From the human T2T-CHM13v2.0 reference genome, Homo sapiens: a stretch of DNA of 64,000 bases. Numbering within the stretch: the stretch's first letter is position 1; every line of letters begins with the position of its first letter. Made by a program: the position numbers and the translations under genes. The notes beneath the pieces were generated by a model that was given only the letters and a program-made list of their open reading frames with translations, made no database searches and was not told the DNA's origin. Shown here piece after piece: positions 58,044 to 64,000 of this stretch. The DNA lies in NCBI RefSeq assembly GCF_009914755.1, contig NC_060939.1. The stretch is one strand, 5' to 3'.

Positions 58044-58230
58044 CAGCAGCTCCCCCAGTTGAGCATGCATCAGAGTCACCTGGAGGGGTCACTGAAGCAG
58101 AGCCTGTTGGACATCAATCTCAGAGTTTCTGACTCAGTAGGGCTCTGGTGGGGCCTGAGAATGTGCTTTCCTGACAACTTCCTAAATGACGCTGATACTA
58201 CTGATTTAGGATCACACTTGGAAAACCAAT
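58044..58230. mobile_element. MER5A
   Basis: ttgagcatgcatcagagtcacctggagg...cagagtttctgactcagtagggctctgg. Confidence 0.8.
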
Positions 58231-58740
58231 GTCCTAAATTAATTTTATTGATGTTTGTGATGTGCTGACAAACCTACTGAGAATGAGACTGACTGTAAAG
58301 GAACTTTTTTTAAGTCCTTCCCACACCTTTGCCATCATAATATTCTTCTTTGCCTTTCTGCTGAGGCCACTGCTTGCATTGTTTCTCTCTTGGTGACCCT
58401 ACCTCTCTGTTTCCTGAGTCTCACGTTTCTGCACAGATTCTGTAAACATCCCCTAAAAGTTCAAAGGCTGAGATCATAGTGCAGCAAGGGTGCTGTGTAA
58501 TGTAGTATAATGGAATCTTATTGGAGCTTTGCATGAGGAAAGAGGAAGACGGATGACAATTTGAATGCAAGATTGAAAAAAAAAAAGAACTCCTACAAGG
58601 ATGCCTGAAACATTTGGGGATAATTATCAATTTGGAGAAATAGGTAACTGCAGAAGGAACAAACCTATATAAGATAATCAGAGAAAAGAACCACTCTTTG
58701 GAGCTACAACAGTTTAAGGGGCCTGAAAGGTTGCTAAAAT

Positions 58741-58927
58741 TGGTGGTTTTCAAACTTGAGCATGCATCAAAGTTACCTAGAGGAATTGTTAAAACACAGA
58801 TTGCTAGATCCTACCCCAGAGTTTCTACTTCAGTTGTTCCGAGGTGAGATGCAAGATTCTGCATTTCTAACGAGTTCTCAGGTGATACTGATGCTACTGG
58901 TCTGGGTACTTCACTTTGAGAACCACT
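58741..58927. mobile_element. MER5A
   Basis: gtggttttcaaacttgagcatgcatc...cactttgagaaccactg. Confidence 0.85.
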
Positions 58928-59954
58928 GGAATAAGAACTGATATGGCCTTTTAAAAGTCACAGTTGCCACCATTTGCTCAGAAAGCACAGTAGGCCAAGC
59001 CTTGATTCATCAGGCTCCTCTCTGGCCAACAAGACCAATGACCTCAGCCTTGTGGACCTGTGTAAGGAGGGACTGAATTCTAAAGAGAATATTACCAGGT
59101 TGGAATCAAGAACTGGATACCCTAAAGGTCAGATTGGTCTGAGATCATTTACTATTTATTCAGTAAATGTTTTCTGAGCTCCTTCTTTGTGAAAGATGTT
59201 GGGGCTGGGTTCTATAGGGGGTTCAAAGATGAAGGTGATCGAGGACTCATCATCTTCAGGAAACTTAGAATCCTATATGGGAAAATAGGATATGGATAAT
59301 GCAGTGTAGCCAGCAGGTGGGGGTAATAGCAGACTTTGTGTAACCATGCAGAGGAGGCCCTACTTGGTCTTGCTGACCAGAGAAGCCTCCATGAAGGCAC
59401 CCACATTTGAATGAGGCTAGGAGAGCGTTTTGAAAAGTCTAAGAGAAACACTTGGTTTGTGAACTGTTCAGAGAAGCACAGGAGGTGGCCACCAGGCACA
59501 GACAGAGAAGCTGTGGAGAGAGAGTGGGACAACTAGGACGTTTTGGAGGGTCAGGCAGAAGGAAAGATCTCAGTGACAATCCAGAAGATATCAAGCCATT
59601 TCCATTTAAGATATTTTTATATTGAAGCTACGCCACATCTGCCCTTGGGCTTAGAATTTCTCCTCTATGTTCAAAGAATCACCGCAAAGAGAAGGGAGAG
59701 AGGGGTTATGCCAGGCAGGAGTCGAAGAGCTGCTGTGTCACCTGAGACCTGAATAGTAAGAAAGAACCAGTGCCATGAGGGTCTGGAGACGAGGGTTCCA
59801 GGGAGAGAAAAAGAAAGTACATGCAAAGACCCTCAGGTGGGGGAGTAGAGTGGGAGGTGGGTGAGCTTGAGAAACACAGACATGGCAGAGCATTGTGAGT
59901 AAGGGTGGAGGCATGAGATTGAGTTGGAGTCATGGGCAGTGCCAGGGCATTTAG

Positions 59955-60302
<348 letters not shown>

Positions 60303-62253
60303 TCCATCAACTTGTAAGGAGGCACGAAGGAGAAGAGGACATGAATTAAAGGGATAGGGAGGGCCAGATCACATAGAACTTCCTAGGGCACAAAAATAAA
60401 TTAGAATTTTATTTCTATCAAGTTTGAAGCAGGAGACTGACCCGATACAGTTTATGTGTTTCATTTTTTTATTTTTGAAAAATTTTAAATTAATTGTAGT
60501 AAAATACATGCAACCAAATTCACCATCTTAACTGTTTTTAAGTGTACAGTTTGGTAGGGTTAAGTACATTGTTGTATAACTGTCACTACTACCCATCCAT
60601 CTCCAGAACCCTTTTCATCTGGAAAAATTGAAACTCTATACCCATTAAACTGATTTATGCTTTTAAAGGACCATTCTGGCTGCCATTTGGAAAAGAGATT
60701 ATCAGAGGGCACAAGGGGAAGGAAGGAGAGTAAGGGGAGGAATTAGAGTGTTGATAGGAGTGTAGGCAGGAGATGTTCGTGGCTTTGGCTACATAGAAGC
60801 AGAGCTGGAATTTAAACCCAGGACTTTATACTCTTAGTCAAGGTCCTTTTCCACTAAAATGCCTTGCTTTGTTATCATGGGAATTATTACTAGGACTCTG
60901 CTCTGCGTAGCAGTGACTCCTAGTATTCTCTTGCAGACTCCTAGGAGACTTTATGAAACTAAGGATGCCTTCTCTCTTCCCACTGGCTAATACTAAATGC
61001 TTACTATTCGGCACTTGCCTACTTTAATGCATTTAATTCACACACAACATTAGGAGAGAGGTTGTGTTATTATCTCCACTTTGCAGATGAAGACACTGTG
61101 GCACAGAGAAGTGTATTAATTTGCCACGGTTATGAAGTTAGTAATCTTTAGTCCAGGATTTAAACTCATGTAGTCTGGCTCCAGGACCTGAGCAGTTTGC
61201 TCTTACTTTACCTTGCCTATGTATCATGCAAGTAGGGTATTTATTACGCCAAAGCGAATTCAAAGATGTTAACTGTGACGGAAGCATTGAATGTATTAAT
61301 TGAATGCATTCTCATATTTCATCATCCCTTCCAAGTAGCAGATGTGTTATTGAGAGTGATGGGAAAAGGGAGCCTAAAATCTCACCTTTCCCTCCAATTC
61401 TGAGACATTGGTCCATAAGGATCCTATTTCCTGGAGTCTTGTCTTTTTTTGATGCAAAGCACAAGTACCAGCCCTGCACTTCTAGGAGCCTGAGAGCAAG
61501 TGCTTCCTGGGAACCTCCCTTTCCTCACCTTAGTCTTGGCTCTGCACAGCACCTTTCCATCAGCATGAGGGAAATGTTGACAAAGGAATTCAAGAATTTC
61601 TGTCACCTTGAAACCAATGATCTTTGCATTCATAAGTATTTCCCCTACAGTGCAGCAGACAGCAAATATATCATGATTCCTAAAGCCTTGGGTTTTATAG
61701 ATTTTAATACTCCCTCCAGCCTTCAAATTCAGTTCGTGGTATGGCCCAATTTTTCAGAACATTTGAACTTGCCTTCATCCTTTCACTTGTTCCATTCCAC
61801 CAACAAAAAAGACATGATTATCTTTTATTATCAAAGACCATCACAAACATACCTAGGTTCCAAAATGTTGGCTTTTTTGACTGAATTCCCTGGCTTGGGC
61901 TGGCTCTATCTCTACCAAGGTTGGAGCTTAGAATATTATATCTGATAAGCCATCTCTTTCACCTTCTTGCTTCCTCCTTGAGACTCTGTTTTATTTTTTT
62001 CCCATTGCTGATACTTTTCATGAAACACTTGAGACCATTTGACCAGACCAAAGGGTGAAATAGCTTCAACTGTTCATTAGCCTCCATAATGAATTAGCCA
62101 AAACTAATTCATTTTCCACCAAGAGTATTTCCTGCTGTGTATCCTGAGGCTGTTGATTCAGAACACCTGATGGGTATGACTGGCACACACTGAAGGAGAG
62201 AGAGCACTCTTGATTGCATTAAGACATTTCATTTTGAAAGCTGGCTTACTTAA

Positions 62254-62556
<303 letters not shown>

Positions 62557-63585
62557 TTATATTTTGGAGTCATTTGGGTAGCTTAAATTCATGGAAAAAT
62601 TTTTATTAATTTTTTTCCTCCATGTTCTTTCACATGGAAGTACCTGTAATGTTGAGTCTGGAGATGCCATAGTTCAGCAGCACCACGGACATTCACACTA
62701 CCCTGTGGTGTGTACCTAGCATCCACCATCTCCACTTCTGTGACTTATTGGCCTCAGAGCTTTCTGCACCCTTTAGGAATAGCAAACTGGGGGACCCCAC
62801 AAGTCATCTTCCTGTACCAAGTCAGTAGACAAAACATTTACAAAGATACTGAAGAAAATGGTTGTGTTTTTGCCAAAGAGATACTGAACTATACTCAACT
62901 CTCTGTCTCTCAATTTAGTGAACTTGTTCCTACATTTTTCACAGTGTCTGAAAAGAAGGGTCTTGTCATGTTCCATCAGTATCAAAATGTTACATCTGCA
63001 AACCCAATTTTTCTCTGATTTGGGAAGGTACCAAGAGGGATCAACACTGTGGGCTTTGAGAAGAGGCATGTAATTTAATTTAGGTACTTGGGATTCACTT
63101 AGTCTTTCCTTCTGATTTCATATTTTATCTTTTTTAAAAAATATTTTTCTCCACAGAAGACAGCTGAAAGAGAAAAGCAAAACTTCCATCAATTCAGCTG
63201 CTCATTGCCTAACGTAGGCAATAATTCACAGTGACACATGGGTGGCTGAGAAAAGACACCGGCCTCCTCTTCCCCCAGCTATCCTGAGCAATGTCTTGCC
63301 TTAGGCGCAGCATCCCTTGAAAGAATTTTAAGTCTGTATTCAGACTGAATTCATTGCAGTGATGTATGAAATGAGCAAGAGACAGAAAAGTGCAGATTCT
63401 ACATTAGACAAAATTCTATGTTGGAATGTTCAAATTTGACATTCTACATTAAGGCTGTTTACGGTCTGTCCATGCGTATAATTCATTAGCTGAAACACAG
63501 CTAGGAGACTGTGCTGTGTTACAGCTTGGAGAGTGTTATTAGCTGTGTTACAGCTAGGGGACTGTGCCCAGATGTTGGCATCTGA

Positions 63586-63786
<201 letters not shown>

Positions 63787-64000
63787 TAACTATGACCTTT
63801 AAGATGAGTTTTTGCATTTTGACCATGTTTCCCAGGAACATGGGTGAAAATAGAATTCGTTATTTTATAGGTCAACCATAATTGTCTATTAAGCTAATTA
63901 GAGACATATATGAAAAAGCAGTTTTGATTTTCATAAACAGGGTGATTTCATAAACAGAAAAAACCAAGCTCGCTTATTTTGTTCTTCATTATTAACTGTT

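Noticed and set aside
61304-61945. 213-aa + strand ORF in intronic sequence
   Set aside because: No recognisable domain, AT-rich intronic composition, and the recalled CCP4 sequence joins 54632 to 63607 directly. Probably a chance ORF.

Overview
Primate (almost certainly human) genomic DNA inside AGBL1 (cytosolic carboxypeptidase 4, CCP4; chr15q25.3 by my recall), transcribed on the + strand. Three internal coding exons are present: 31657-31694 (38 nt), 54424-54632 (209 nt) and 63607-63772 (166 nt). They splice in frame to ...[24 protein letters not shown]...[15 protein letters not shown]...PPHDLPE, and the middle exon needs a non-canonical GC donor. The rest is intron rich in repeats: a full-length antisense L1PA (12561-18717), a two-LTR MLT1A element, solo LTRs (THE1, MST, MLT1, ERV1), about a dozen Alus, MIR, L2, MER5A, MER20, MER58, MER104 and a MADE1. 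The main finding is that the antisense L1 keeps an open ORF0 homologue (ATG 18280, strong Kozak context). Its two GT donors are exactly in phase with the next two AGBL1 acceptors, which predicts ORF0-CCP4 fusion proteins driven by the L1 antisense promoter. This is inferred from sequence only; expression has not been shown. There are also several local templated-insertion or duplication scars. Repeat subfamily names come from memory of consensus sequences and need RepeatMasker/Dfam confirmation.
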